Assembly: GCA_035460165.1 (NCBI GenBank)
Contig: DATHWW010000017.1
Span: 8,833-72,832, forward strand
Source: Methylophilaceae bacterium
GTDB lineage: Bacteria > Pseudomonadota > Gammaproteobacteria > Burkholderiales > Methylophilaceae
Direction: 5' to 3'
DNA: 64,000 bases
Positions within the stretch are counted from its first letter, which is position 1, and each line of letters begins with the position of its first letter. Of this stretch, positions 50,833-61,400 are shown piece by piece. The notes under the pieces are model-generated. The model was not told where the DNA came from. It made no database searches and saw only the letters and a program-made list of their open reading frames with translations. Position numbers and translations under genes: made by a program.

Positions 50833-51669
50833 CTACTGCATAACTGAAGATGCGTTGATAATGCTCGCAGAACCTGAGGGATTATCCAAAAAGGAGAAGT
50901 GTCCAGTGTTCTTTAAGGTAACAAAGCGTACGTGTTTGGGTAATCTTCGTTGGTTTTGTTCAGCTGCATACGACGGTGACCAATCCTTGTCACCATAGAT
51001 GACCTGGGTCGGAATTGAATTCGGAATGTTGGGATATTCTTTATCCGCAATTTGCGGCCAGCTAGCGGCTTCTTTCATGAGTGATTTCATCACAAAAGGA
51101 AACCTCTCGTCCTGACTCGGCACGGTCAGTAATTTTTCGAGAAATTCATCGGACAGATTCTTGTTGTTTGCGAATCCGGCCTGCATGATCAATCGGAACA
51201 ATGCCGGAAACTCGAGTTTGAAAGGTTGTTCAGTGAACTGCCCGACATAGGAAACTACGCTGCCTATCGGTCCGCCGATAAGCGAGCCCATGCTGTCGTG
51301 GGGATTGAATGCGATTACCCTGGAAACACGTTGCGGCATGCGTGCGGCCAGGGTTAGAGCGATGGTCCCGCCGATGGATTCTCCCGCCAGCGTTATTTCT
51401 TTCAGATCCAGTTTCTCTACGAGGGCGGCGATGGTTTCGACGAACAGCGTCGCGCTGTAGGGTTGGGTCAATTCCTTCGATGAACGGCCATAGCCGGGCA
51501 GATCGGGAACGATGATCCGGTAATGGTCTGCCAGCAGCGGAACGATGCGCTCCGTATACTCGATTTGCGTACGCAATGTATGCAGTAGCAGCAATGTGCG
51601 TTCGCCACGCCCTGTTTCCCAATAACAAATGTCTCGATCATTTACCCGAATCTTCGAATATGCGTTCAT
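50833..51669 (-). CDS. Alpha/beta hydrolase
   Basis: DLPGYGRS, GESIG, GDKDW, TGHF. Confidence 0.88.
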   Translation of the reverse strand: MNAYSKIRVNDRDICYWETGRGERTLLLLHTLRTQIEYTERIVPLLADHYRIIVPDLPGYGRSSKELTQPYSATLFVETIAALVEKLDLKEITLAGESIGGTIALTLAARMPQRVSRVIAFNPHDSMGSLIGGPIGSVVSYVGQFTEQPFKLEFPALFRLIMQAGFANNKNLSDEFLEKLLTVPSQDERFPFVMKSLMKEAASWPQIADKEYPNIPNSIPTQVIYGDKDWSPSYAAEQNQRRLPKHVRFVTLKNTGHFSFLDNPSGSASIINASSVMQ

Positions 51670-51760
51670 CTTGATGCTCCTTTGAGAGTTGTTTTCTTAA
51701 AGGCAATAACTCCAGCTCCTAGTTGAGAAACCGAAGTTATTGCCTCATCTTCCTTCATGC

Positions 51761-52087
51761 TCAGGATTTTGTATAACGATAGTTTGCCTGGAACATGCGG
51801 GTAAAAATATCCGAAGCTGTTTCAGTCTTCACTGGCTTGCTATCGATCGCCGGAGTGACGCGAGGCGTTTTTCCGAGCACGCTGCTGGAAAACAACTCCA
51901 GGGATTTGTCGACGTCGGGTGTTTGGTTCGATACGGACGTCGCCGCCGGTTTCCAGTTGCCCAGTAGTGTTCCTTCGACAAACGTATTGCGGGACTGGTC
52001 AGGATTGTTTCCATCGGCGAAAGCGATGCCACTTATACCGGTAATTGCGAAAAGCAGGCTGCTGATAAGAATTGATTTGGTGTTCAT
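51761..52087 (-). CDS. Small exported hypothetical protein
   Basis: Signal peptide ending AFA-D; RBS GAGGA. Confidence 0.65.
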   Translation of the reverse strand: MNTKSILISSLLFAITGISGIAFADGNNPDQSRNTFVEGTLLGNWKPAATSVSNQTPDVDKSLELFSSSVLGKTPRVTPAIDSKPVKTETASDIFTRMFQANYRYTKS

Positions 52088-52163
52088 GATGTAGATCCTC
52101 ATTCAAGTTTAAGAAAATGTTCCATTAATCCCTTGAGCGAAAAACCGGTGGCTTTTCGTCGGT

Positions 52164-52241
52164 ATTTATGTAACATGGATTACATTATTAGATCTTGATT
52201 TGCTTTTGTCAACACATTTATGTAATCTAGATTAAATTATT
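52164..52241. promoter_or_regulatory. Two putative TetR operators in a divergent promoter
   Basis: ATTTATGTAACATGGATTACATTATT (52164) and ATTTATGTAATCTAGATTAAATTATT (52216); palindromic ATGTAA-N6-TTACAT core. Confidence 0.7.
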
Positions 52242-52259
52242 TAAGATTGAGGTTTCAAA

Positions 52260-52898
52260 ATGTCCCCAGCAGGTCGTCCGAGAACATTTGATCGCGAAGA
52301 AGCGCTAAAGAAAGCCATGCTGGTTTTCTGGGAGAAGGGCTTTGAAGGCACCACGATGGCTGACTTGATCGCCGCGATTGGAATTAAGCCCCCTAGTGTC
52401 TACGCAGCCTTTGGGAATAAAGATGCTTTGTTCAGAGAGGTAGTGGAGCTTTATAAAGATAAAGTTGAGCAAGGGCCTCTTAAAGTCCTTAACGAAACAA
52501 CCCCAATCTTGAATGCCCTTGAAAGCTCCCTAAATGAAAGTGTCAAGATGGTTTCAGGGCCTGAGGCATCTAGCTGTTTGATTATGGCTGGTGCGATCAA
52601 CTGCACACCGGAACATCAGGAACATGTTCAACACCTAAAAAATTTGAGGTCTAAGTACAAGGAAGCACTGAAGAACAGATTCATCCAGGCAATAGAAGAT
52701 GGTCAGTTAATTGAAGGAACTAAGCCAGATGCATTGGCCGAGTTCTATTTCAGTTTCATACATGGCTTGGCATTGCGCGCAAAGGATGGATCTACAAAAA
52801 AGGAACTCCACTCCTCATGCAAGTTTGCCTTGGAGGCATTAAGGTCGGTGTTACGCACCTCAAATGAGCCGGTCCAATCAACGGAGTTGGAATCATGA
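52260..52898 (+). CDS. TetR/AcrR regulator
   Basis: GRPRTFD...FWEKGFEGTT...SVYAAFGNK. Confidence 0.93.
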   Translation: MSPAGRPRTFDREEALKKAMLVFWEKGFEGTTMADLIAAIGIKPPSVYAAFGNKDALFREVVELYKDKVEQGPLKVLNETTPILNALESSLNESVKMVSGPEASSCLIMAGAINCTPEHQEHVQHLKNLRSKYKEALKNRFIQAIEDGQLIEGTKPDALAEFYFSFIHGLALRAKDGSTKKELHSSCKFALEALRSVLRTSNEPVQSTELES

Positions 52899-54169
52899 AA
52901 TCACGTCGCATTGTCGTCACCGGAATGGGATTAGTGTCGCCCTTAGGATGCGGCATAGAGCATGTCTGGCAACGCCTGCTGGATGGGCAATCAGGCCTAC
53001 GAAAGTTACCGGAGGAAATGATTGCCGCGTTACCTGCCAAAATAGGTGGTGTAGTACCCGCCAAGGAAGAGGATGCGAAGGCAGGGTTTGACCCGGACAT
53101 GCTCGTTGCGCCTAAAGAACAGCGCAAGATGGATCGATTTATCCAGTTTGCATTGGCGGCGGCCGAAGAGGCCATAATTCAAGCGGGATGGATTAACTTA
53201 ACGGAATCCGAGAAGGTGCGAACGGCTACCATTATCGCCTCCGGGATTGGCGGATTTCCCGCAATCACTAATGCGGTCCGCACCACTGACCAACGTGGCG
53301 TCAACCGCTTATCTCCATTCACCATCCCATCCTTTTTGGTCAACATGGCCGCGGGCCATGTTTCAATCCGGCATGGATATAAAGGTCCGTTAGGCGCACC
53401 AGTCACTGCTTGTGCTGCCAGTGTGCAAGCGATTGGTGATGCCGCTCGTTTAATCAAGGCTGGTGAAGCGGATATCGCCATTTGTGGTGGAGCGGAAGCC
53501 TGTATTGATTTGGTTAGCCTTGGTGGTTTCGCTGCAGCACGGGCACTTTCGACATCCTTCAATGATAGACCAGAGGCGGCATCCAGACCTTTCGATAAGG
53601 ATCGTGATGGATTCGTGATGGGGGAAGGAGCCGGTATGGTGGTCATCGAAGACTTGCAACATGCAATAGCCCGCGGAGCAAAGCCCCTGGCAGAAATCGT
53701 GGGGTATGGTACGAGCGCTGATGCTCACCACATTACATCGGGTCCCGAAGATGGAGGTGGTGCTAGACGTGCCATGCAAGCAGCTATCCAGCAAGCGGGT
53801 ATTTCACCTTCCGACATTCAGCACTTGAACGCCCACGCAACCTCCACTCCAGTGGGAGACCGAGGGGAGCTCGAGGCTATCAAAAGCTTGTTCGGACAGG
53901 AAATGGCTATCGCAGTCACCTCGACAAAATCCGCTACAGGGCACCTACTTGGAGCTGCAGGAGGGGTGGAGGCAATATTCAGTATATTGGCGCTACGAGA
54001 TCAAATAGCGCCGGCAACCCTGAATCTCGATAATCTCGACGCTGCCGCTGCTGGTGTCGATATCGTACGAGGTTCATCGAGGCAAATGGATATCGAACAC
54101 GTTCTATCCAACGGATTTGGTTTTGGGGGTGTTAATGCCAGTATTCTTTTCAGGCATTTTTCTTCTTAA
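52895..54169 (+). CDS. fabF: Beta-ketoacyl-ACP synthase II paralog
   Basis: VVTGMG, TACAAS (catalytic Cys), NAHATST, GHLLGAAG, FGFGG. Confidence 0.92.
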   Translation: MKSRRIVVTGMGLVSPLGCGIEHVWQRLLDGQSGLRKLPEEMIAALPAKIGGVVPAKEEDAKAGFDPDMLVAPKEQRKMDRFIQFALAAAEEAIIQAGWINLTESEKVRTATIIASGIGGFPAITNAVRTTDQRGVNRLSPFTIPSFLVNMAAGHVSIRHGYKGPLGAPVTACAASVQAIGDAARLIKAGEADIAICGGAEACIDLVSLGGFAAARALSTSFNDRPEAASRPFDKDRDGFVMGEGAGMVVIEDLQHAIARGAKPLAEIVGYGTSADAHHITSGPEDGGGARRAMQAAIQQAGISPSDIQHLNAHATSTPVGDRGELEAIKSLFGQEMAIAVTSTKSATGHLLGAAGGVEAIFSILALRDQIAPATLNLDNLDAAAAGVDIVRGSSRQMDIEHVLSNGFGFGGVNASILFRHFSS

Positions 54170-54520
54170 CAGAGTGGGAGTTGAGATGGCCCGGATAATC
54201 CGGGCCAATTAATAGGGGCAAGAGTTGGCCATAACCACGGGCCATTGCTTCTGCATAAACAGGCAGAAGCACAAACAAAATCATTTCCAATACGAGTAAG
54301 AATTGCCCTCTGGAAATGACGCCGCACTCGCCGCAATGACCATTCGGCGCCACTGTAAAAAGCTCAGCGCCGGGGAATCGAGCGCATCCAATTGCCACGA
54401 ACGTTCCGACCCTATCCCCCGCGCCGGGGCGCAGTCAATTACCGCACTCTCTACGGGTGGTCGCAAACGCAGACCTGCGCTACGAGCACGCTAAAAGCGT
54501 GGGCCTCTGACTGTGCTCTG

Positions 54521-54976
54521 CTAGCTTACAATTTGTTCGGCGGCTGCTTCATTGATTCCAGCTGCCGCTTGGGCGGCAAGCCCGTTGGCCGCGGCTTGTG
54601 AATCTTGAAATTCCTCGAGTGCATAGACTCTTCCCCAGCGCAGGGTGAACACGTGCAGACCACGATTGACGTAAGCATCGCCGTTGGCGAGCGTGGCGCT
54701 GCCGTTCCACTCGACAAACACGTTGGTATTCCATGGCATTCCCTTCACCCAGATGTTGGTGACCTTGATACGGAGACTGGGCAGGACCCGTCCGAGACGT
54801 TCGAACCAGCGGCGCAGGGCTTCTTTGCTGTGGCGCTCTCCACCAAGCGCGTGGACGCCGGAAACGCGGTGATGGACATGCGGCGCGACTGCATTTACTG
54901 CCTCATCCCAGCGATGGTTGTTGACGTCGTCGAAGGTCTGACGGATTTTGCTCTTAACAATGTAGCTGTATATCAT
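54521..54976 (-). CDS. SnoaL/NTF2-like protein
   Basis: HALGGERH, VKGMPWNT, YVNRGLHVFTLRWG. Confidence 0.82.
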   Translation of the reverse strand: MIYSYIVKSKIRQTFDDVNNHRWDEAVNAVAPHVHHRVSGVHALGGERHSKEALRRWFERLGRVLPSLRIKVTNIWVKGMPWNTNVFVEWNGSATLANGDAYVNRGLHVFTLRWGRVYALEEFQDSQAAANGLAAQAAAGINEAAAEQIVS

Positions 54977-55095
54977 GGGTAGTTCCTCCAATTATGTGAA
55001 AAGACGGCCTATCGCGAGTACTAAGCTGAAGCTTTCGACGGCCTTGGATCTACGGCAAAACTCTGTACATGAATCGTGCTTCACGAAATCCAGCT

Positions 55096-56580
55096 CTATT
55101 TTTCGGCGGTCGTGGTTAAGGCGCCTGAAGATCGTGAAACAACACTACTTACTTCCCAACCACCACCTAGCGCCTTGAATGCGGCGACTGCCGAACGTGC
55201 AGATTCGATCTGCGCCTGGAGTTTTGCATCGGATGTTCGCAACAGGTTTTCATCTGCGTGCAATACCTCAATCAAGCTGACCACGCCTTTTTGATAAGCC
55301 GCAAAAGAGGAATCCCGCGCCTGGGAAAGTGATTGTTCGCCCTGCAGCAAGATGCTCGTCTGTTCCTCACGCTTGACCAACGCGGAAATGGAGTTCTCAA
55401 CATCCTCGGTCGCACGAAGTGCCGCCTGGCGATAGGCAGCCAGAGCCTCGGCCTCCTGACCTTTTGCCAGATCGATCTGTGCATTGATGCGCGCGAAATC
55501 GAATAATCGCCAGCGCAAGCCAAGCACTGCCGCTGCCTGATTCGCCCCGGCGCCGAGGAGGTTTCCTCCCGAGATGGCTGACGCAGTGCCGATCAACGCA
55601 CTGAGCGCGAGCTTGGGATAGTATTCGGAAGTTGCTACGCCAATTTTTGCATTGGCGGACGCTAACCGGCGCTCCGCGACAATCAGATCAGGTCTGCGTC
55701 GCAGCAAATCCGCAGGCGAACCAATCGAGGATATTTGTGGAGCTACAGGTATCGGGCTAGCTTTGCCAAACTCAGCCCTATAGGTACCAGGTGCAACCCC
55801 CAGCATCACATCAAGGGCATTCATGGCCACATCACGCCCGGTTTCAAGCACTGGAATAGTAGCTTTAACCTGAGCGACCGCGCCTTCCGCTTGCTGCACC
55901 TGCAGTTTGGGAACCAGCCCTTTCGAATACAGCATGTGCACCTTCGATAGAAGTTGCTGCCGCGTTTCAAGTTGCTGCCTGGCGATATCTAGTCGAGCCT
56001 GCAGGCCGCGAATAGTGATGTAAAGATCTGCCGTTTGAGCGGCGACCGCGAGACGAGTTGCGATTCCACCTGCCTGGGCTGCCTGATATTCTGCCAGCGC
56101 AGACTCTTGCCCGCGACGCAGCCCACCGAATACATCCAACTCCCAACCTGCACTCAGGTTTGCCTCGTAAAGGCTCCCATCCCTGTCAAAGCCAGGAACA
56201 GCGTTAAGTAGTTGCCCTACGGGGGTTTCCAGCGACTGATGATTTCTGGTTACTTGCGCACTCACATTGCCCGAAGGGAGTAACGCTGCATGTGCGGACC
56301 CGAGACCGGACCGTGCCTGCGCAATGCGGGCTGAAGCCTGAGCCAAATCCAAATTTTGATCTAGCGCCAATACCACGAAATGACTTAACTGAGGATCGCC
56401 AAACCCATCCCACCAAGTAGCAATACTCGCGTTTGATGTAGCGCTACGCGTTTCAAGCTGAGTCTGGCCGAGATAATGATCGGGGAGCGGGACTTCAGGT
56501 TTTCTGTAGTCAGGACCGACTGCGCAGCCAGCCACAAGACTGGCACTTAATAAAAGAGCAAGAGGGCGGCAAGAGAACAT
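55096..56580 (-). CDS. RND efflux outer-membrane lipoprotein (NodT/OprM family)
   Basis: VAGC lipobox, WELDVFG, LLRRRPD, KALGGGW. Confidence 0.93.
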   Translation of the reverse strand: MFSCRPLALLLSASLVAGCAVGPDYRKPEVPLPDHYLGQTQLETRSATSNASIATWWDGFGDPQLSHFVVLALDQNLDLAQASARIAQARSGLGSAHAALLPSGNVSAQVTRNHQSLETPVGQLLNAVPGFDRDGSLYEANLSAGWELDVFGGLRRGQESALAEYQAAQAGGIATRLAVAAQTADLYITIRGLQARLDIARQQLETRQQLLSKVHMLYSKGLVPKLQVQQAEGAVAQVKATIPVLETGRDVAMNALDVMLGVAPGTYRAEFGKASPIPVAPQISSIGSPADLLRRRPDLIVAERRLASANAKIGVATSEYYPKLALSALIGTASAISGGNLLGAGANQAAAVLGLRWRLFDFARINAQIDLAKGQEAEALAAYRQAALRATEDVENSISALVKREEQTSILLQGEQSLSQARDSSFAAYQKGVVSLIEVLHADENLLRTSDAKLQAQIESARSAVAAFKALGGGWEVSSVVSRSSGALTTTAEK

Positions 56581-56609
56581 GGCTATCCTTAAACCTATTT
56601 GGTTGATCA

Positions 56610-56633
56610 GTGACTATATTACAATATGGTCAC
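56610..56633. promoter_or_regulatory. Putative TetR operator 1
   Basis: GTGACTAT-N8-ATGGTCAC inverted repeat; near copy at 57292. Confidence 0.7.
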
Positions 56634-56671
56634 TGTTTGTCAATCTATTCAAGTAGAGGTAAGCTAAATAA

Positions 56672-57283
56672 ATGAACGCAAAAACCCAACCCATCCCCCG
56701 AGGTCCTTCCGACCATAATGTCCGAACCCAGATTGTGGAAGCGGCGGCGGAGCATTTCAGCCGCTACGGCTACGAAAAAACAACCGTATCAGACCTGGCC
56801 AAGGAAATTGGTTTTTCCAAGGCTTACATCTACAAATTCTTCGATTCCAAGCAGGCCATTGGTGAGGTGATATGTAGCAACTGCTTGAGTGCCATTCTGG
56901 AAGCCATTAATGAAGCCATGCTGGGCGCCCCCACCGCTTCCGAACGGTTTAGACGTATGTTCAAAGCCGCGGTAGAAGAGAGTGTGCATCTTTTTTTTCA
57001 TGACCGAAAACTGTATGACATCGCGGCGGCCGCTGCCGGTGAGGAATGGCAGGCCGTTACCGCCTATCAAGATCAAGTCAAGAAAATCATCCTGCAGATT
57101 ATTCGCGAAGGACGTGAAACGGGCGAATTCGAGCGAAAAACCCCGATAGATGAGACCACAAATGCCATCCATTTGGTGATGCACCCCTACATGAATCCTT
57201 TGCTTCTGCAACACAATCTCAGCCTTGCTGATGAAGTTCCGGTCATCCTGTCTGGTCTGGTACTGCGAAGCTTAGCCCCATAA
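56672..57283 (+). CDS. TetR/AcrR regulator
   Basis: FSRYGYEKTTVSDLAKEIGFSKAYIYKFF HTH. Confidence 0.93.
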   Translation: MNAKTQPIPRGPSDHNVRTQIVEAAAEHFSRYGYEKTTVSDLAKEIGFSKAYIYKFFDSKQAIGEVICSNCLSAILEAINEAMLGAPTASERFRRMFKAAVEESVHLFFHDRKLYDIAAAAAGEEWQAVTAYQDQVKKIILQIIREGRETGEFERKTPIDETTNAIHLVMHPYMNPLLLQHNLSLADEVPVILSGLVLRSLAP

Positions 57284-57291
57284 ATATTATT

Positions 57292-57315
57292 GTGACTATT
57301 GACTAATTTGGTCAC
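57292..57315. promoter_or_regulatory. Putative TetR operator 2
   Basis: GTGACTAT-N8-TTGGTCAC upstream of the MFP gene. Confidence 0.7.
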
Positions 57316-57357
57316 TAGTTGGAAAATGCGGTTCCTATCTTTTGGAGGGGAACCCAA

Positions 57358-58479
57358 ATGCTTCGCCGTAAACTTGCCTCAGCTACCGTTATTGGGCTAT
57401 TGCCACTGGCACTGATTGCCTGCAGCGATAAACCGCCATCTGATCCTCGCACTCAAATCCCATTAGTCAGAACGGGAAGCGTTGGAATTGCTTCTGATAC
57501 ATCACGCTCCTTCACGGGAACCGTTGCCGCCCGGGTTCAAAGTGAGCTCGGGTTTCGGGTCCCAGGTAAGGTGCTCGAACGTTTAGTCGATGCAGGTCAA
57601 ATCGTCAAACGCGGTCAACCGCTCATGCGCATCGATCCTATCGATCTGCAATTGGCGGCACATGCACAACATGAGAACGTGATGGCCGCAAAAGCTCGCG
57701 CCAATCAAACAGCTGAAGAGGAAATCAGGCACCGTGATCTAGTAGCAGTAGGTGCTGTATCTGCCTCAGCTTATGATCAAATCAAAGCTGCAGCTGAAAC
57801 AGCCAATGCACAACTCAAAGCAGCTGAAGCTCAGGCTGACGTGGCAAAGAATGCATCCAGCTACGCGGTCTTACTTGCTGATGCCGACGGTGTTGTAGTA
57901 GATACCCTGGCTGAACCAGGGCAAGTCGTCAACGCAGGCCAGACGGTGGTTCGGGTAGCACATTCGGGGAAGCGCGAAGCTATCGTACACCTGCCGGAAA
58001 CCCTGCGTCCCTCGCTGGGTTCCCTTGCCCAGGCCAAACTTTACGGCAAGGAAAACCTGGCCGTACCGGCAAAACTCAGGCAGCTTTCCGAATCGGCAGA
58101 TGGACTATCCCGCACGTTTGAAGCACGATATGTGCTGGATGGCGCATTAGCCAACGCCCCTCTTGGTGCGACTGTCACCATTCAGATCAAGGAAAACAGC
58201 TCCTCGCCGCAAAACGGCTTGGAAGTGCCCATTGAAGCCATTTTCGATTCAGGAAAAGGTTCGGGGGTTTGGGTGCTTGAGGGGCGCCCGACCCACGTCA
58301 CCTGGCGCTCAGTAAAAATCCTAAGCCTAAGTGATGTGACCGCACGTGTAGAAGGCGATCTCAAGGTAAATGATCAGATTGTCGCGTTGGGTGCCCATCT
58401 CCTTCAGGAAGGCAGGGAAGTCAGGGTCGCGACCAGCGACGCAGGCATGGCACGTGTGAATCATGAGGTGGCGAAATGA
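57358..58479 (+). CDS. RND periplasmic adaptor (MFP)
   Basis: LIAC lipobox, LGFRVPGKV, ADADGVV. Confidence 0.92.
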   Translation: MLRRKLASATVIGLLPLALIACSDKPPSDPRTQIPLVRTGSVGIASDTSRSFTGTVAARVQSELGFRVPGKVLERLVDAGQIVKRGQPLMRIDPIDLQLAAHAQHENVMAAKARANQTAEEEIRHRDLVAVGAVSASAYDQIKAAAETANAQLKAAEAQADVAKNASSYAVLLADADGVVVDTLAEPGQVVNAGQTVVRVAHSGKREAIVHLPETLRPSLGSLAQAKLYGKENLAVPAKLRQLSESADGLSRTFEARYVLDGALANAPLGATVTIQIKENSSSPQNGLEVPIEAIFDSGKGSGVWVLEGRPTHVTWRSVKILSLSDVTARVEGDLKVNDQIVALGAHLLQEGREVRVATSDAGMARVNHEVAK

Positions 58480-61400
58480 GCCGCTTCAATCTTTCCGCCC
58501 TTGCCGTGCGTGAGCGGTCGATCACCCTGTTCCTGATTATTTTGATCACGATTGCGGGCACCATCGCGTTTCTCAAGATGGGCAGGGCCGAAGATCCTCC
58601 CTTCACGGTCAAGATCATGACCGTGATCACCGCCTGGCCGGGAGCGACGGCGCAGGAGATGCAGGATCAGGTCGCGGAGAAAATTGAAAAGCGCATGCAG
58701 GAGTTGCGCTGGTACGATCGCACGGAAACCTACACCCGGCCCGGGCTGGCTTTTACCACGGTGACCCTGCTCGACAGTACGCCTCCATCCGAAGTCAAGG
58801 AAGAGTTCTACCAGGCGCGCAAGAAGATAAGCGACGAGTCGCAAAATCTCCCGGCCGGGGTCATCGGCCCCATGGTGAATGACGAATATGCGGACGTGAC
58901 CTTTGCCCTGTTTGCCTTGAAGGCGGCAGGGGAGCCACAACGACTGCTGGTACGCGACGCAGAAAAAATGCGTCAGCGCCTGCTACATGTCGCCGGCGTG
59001 AAGAAAGTGAACATCATCGGCGAACAACCCGAGCGCATTTATGTCGCCTTTTCCCATGACCGCCTGGCGACCCTGGGAATTTCACCGCAGCAGATTTTTA
59101 CCGCGCTCAACACCCAGAACCTCTTGACGCCCGCGGGCTCGATCGACACCAAAGGTACGCAGGTATTCATCCGGATCGAGGGCGCCTTTGATCAACTGCA
59201 GAAAATCCGCGATACACCGGTATCGGCCCAAGGCCGGATACTGAAGTTGTCGGACGTGGCCACGGTAGAACGTGGTTATGAAGATCCCTCGACATTCCTC
59301 GTCCGCAACAATGGCGAGCCAGCGCTCCTGCTGGGCATCGTCATGCGCGAGGGGTGGAACGGCCTCGATCTGGGGAAAGCATTGGATGCGGAAGTCGCGT
59401 CCATCAGCAGCGATTTGCCGTTGGGCATGAGTTTGACCAAAGTGACCGACCAGGCCGTCAACATCGATATATCGGTCGACGAGTTCATGGTCAAGTTCTT
59501 CGTCGCGCTTCTCGTGGTCATGCTGGTGAGTTTCCTGAGCATGGGCTGGCGCGTCGGTCTTGTCGTTGCGGCTGCCGTACCGCTGACGCTGGCCATCGTG
59601 TTTGTCGTCATGGCGGCCACTGGCAAGAATTTTGACCGCATCACCTTGGGATCGCTGATTCTGGCACTTGGCCTGCTGGTCGACGACGCCATCATCGCGA
59701 TCGAAACGATGGTGGTGAAAATGGAGGAAGGGTATAGCCGCATTGCCGCCTCCGCGTATGCCTGGAGCCATACCGCCGCTCCGATGCTTTCCGGCACCCT
59801 GGTCACGGCCATTGGGTTCATGCCCAATGGATTTGCCCAGTCCACCGCCGGCGAATACACCAGCAATATGTTCTGGGTGGTGGGTACTGCCCTGATCGCT
59901 TCCTGGATCGTCGCCGTCGTATTCACGCCTTATTTGGGCGTCAAGATGCTGCCGGAAATGGAAAAGGTCGAAGGTGGTTACAAAACCATTTATAGCACTC
60001 CGAATTACAACCGCTTTCGCTCGATGCTGGGACGAGTCATTCATTACAAGTGGATCGTTGCGGCCATCGTGATAGGCACCTTTGTGCTGGCCATCCTCGG
60101 CATGGGCGTAGTGAAGAAGCAGTTTTTTCCAACCTCCGACCGTCCTGAGGTATTGGTCGAGGTTCAAATGCCTTATGGAACCGCCATTGCACAGACGAGT
60201 GCCGCCACAGCCAAAATTGAGGCATGGCTGGCGAAACAAAAGGAAGCGAAGATTGTGACGTCTTACATCGGCCAAGGCGCTCCACGCTTCTACCTAGCAA
60301 TGTCGCCCGAACTGCCTGATCCGTCTTTTGCGAAGCTCGTCGTGCGGACAGAGGACCAGAATGAACGCGAGGTTCTGAAGCTAAGGCTACGTCAGGCCAT
60401 CGCCGATGGGCTGGCGCCGGAAGCCCGCGTACGTGTGACGCAACTGGTATTCGGACCGTATTCCCCGTTCCCGGTAGCTTTCCGCGTTACTGGGCAAGAC
60501 CCCGAAAAACTGCGCATCATTGCAGCCGAGGTACGGCAAGTGATGGACGCAAGTCCGATGATGCGAACCGTTAATGCCGATTGGGGCGAACGCGTGCCGG
60601 CCCTGCACTTTACGCTTCAGCAGGATCGGCTTCAGGCTGTCGGACTCACTTCCAACAGCGTCGCACAACAACTTCAGTTCCTGCTGAGCGGCGTACCCGT
60701 TACCGAAGTGCGTGAGGATATTCGCTCCGTACAGGTGGTTGGCCGGGCAGCAGAAAACATGCGCCTGGATCCTGAGAAAATATCCGGTTTCACCTTGATC
60801 GGCTCGGCAGGGCAGCGTGTCCCGTTGTCGCAAATAGGTTCCGTCGATGTCCGTATGGAAGAGCCCACTCTGCGCCGGCGCGACCGCACTCCGACGATTA
60901 CCGTACGCGGCGACATCGCAGAAGACTTGCAGCCGCCAGATGTATCAACTGCGATCAAGGCCCAGCTGCAGCCCATCGTTGACAAGCTTCCGGCCGGGTA
61001 TCGCATCGAAGAGGCGGGCTCTATCGAAGAATCAGGCAAGGCGACCAAGGCGTTGTTGCCACTGTTCCCGATCATGATTGCGGCCACGTTGCTGATCCTC
61101 ATCCTGCAGGTGCGCTCGATAGCGGCCATGATCATGGTATTTGCCACCAGTCCGCTGGGGCTGATCGGCGTGGTTCCGACCCTGATACTGTTCCAGCAAC
61201 CTTTCGGGATCAATGCCCTAGTGGGCCTGATCGCCCTGTCGGGCATCTTGATGCGCAATACGCTGATCCTGATTGGGCAAATCGAGGATAACCTGAAAGA
61301 AGGATTGCATCCTTTTGACGCGGTAGTCGAAGCCACTGTTCAACGTGCCCGGCCGGTTATTCTCACTGCTTTGGCGGCGATTCTGGCGTTCATTCCGCTT

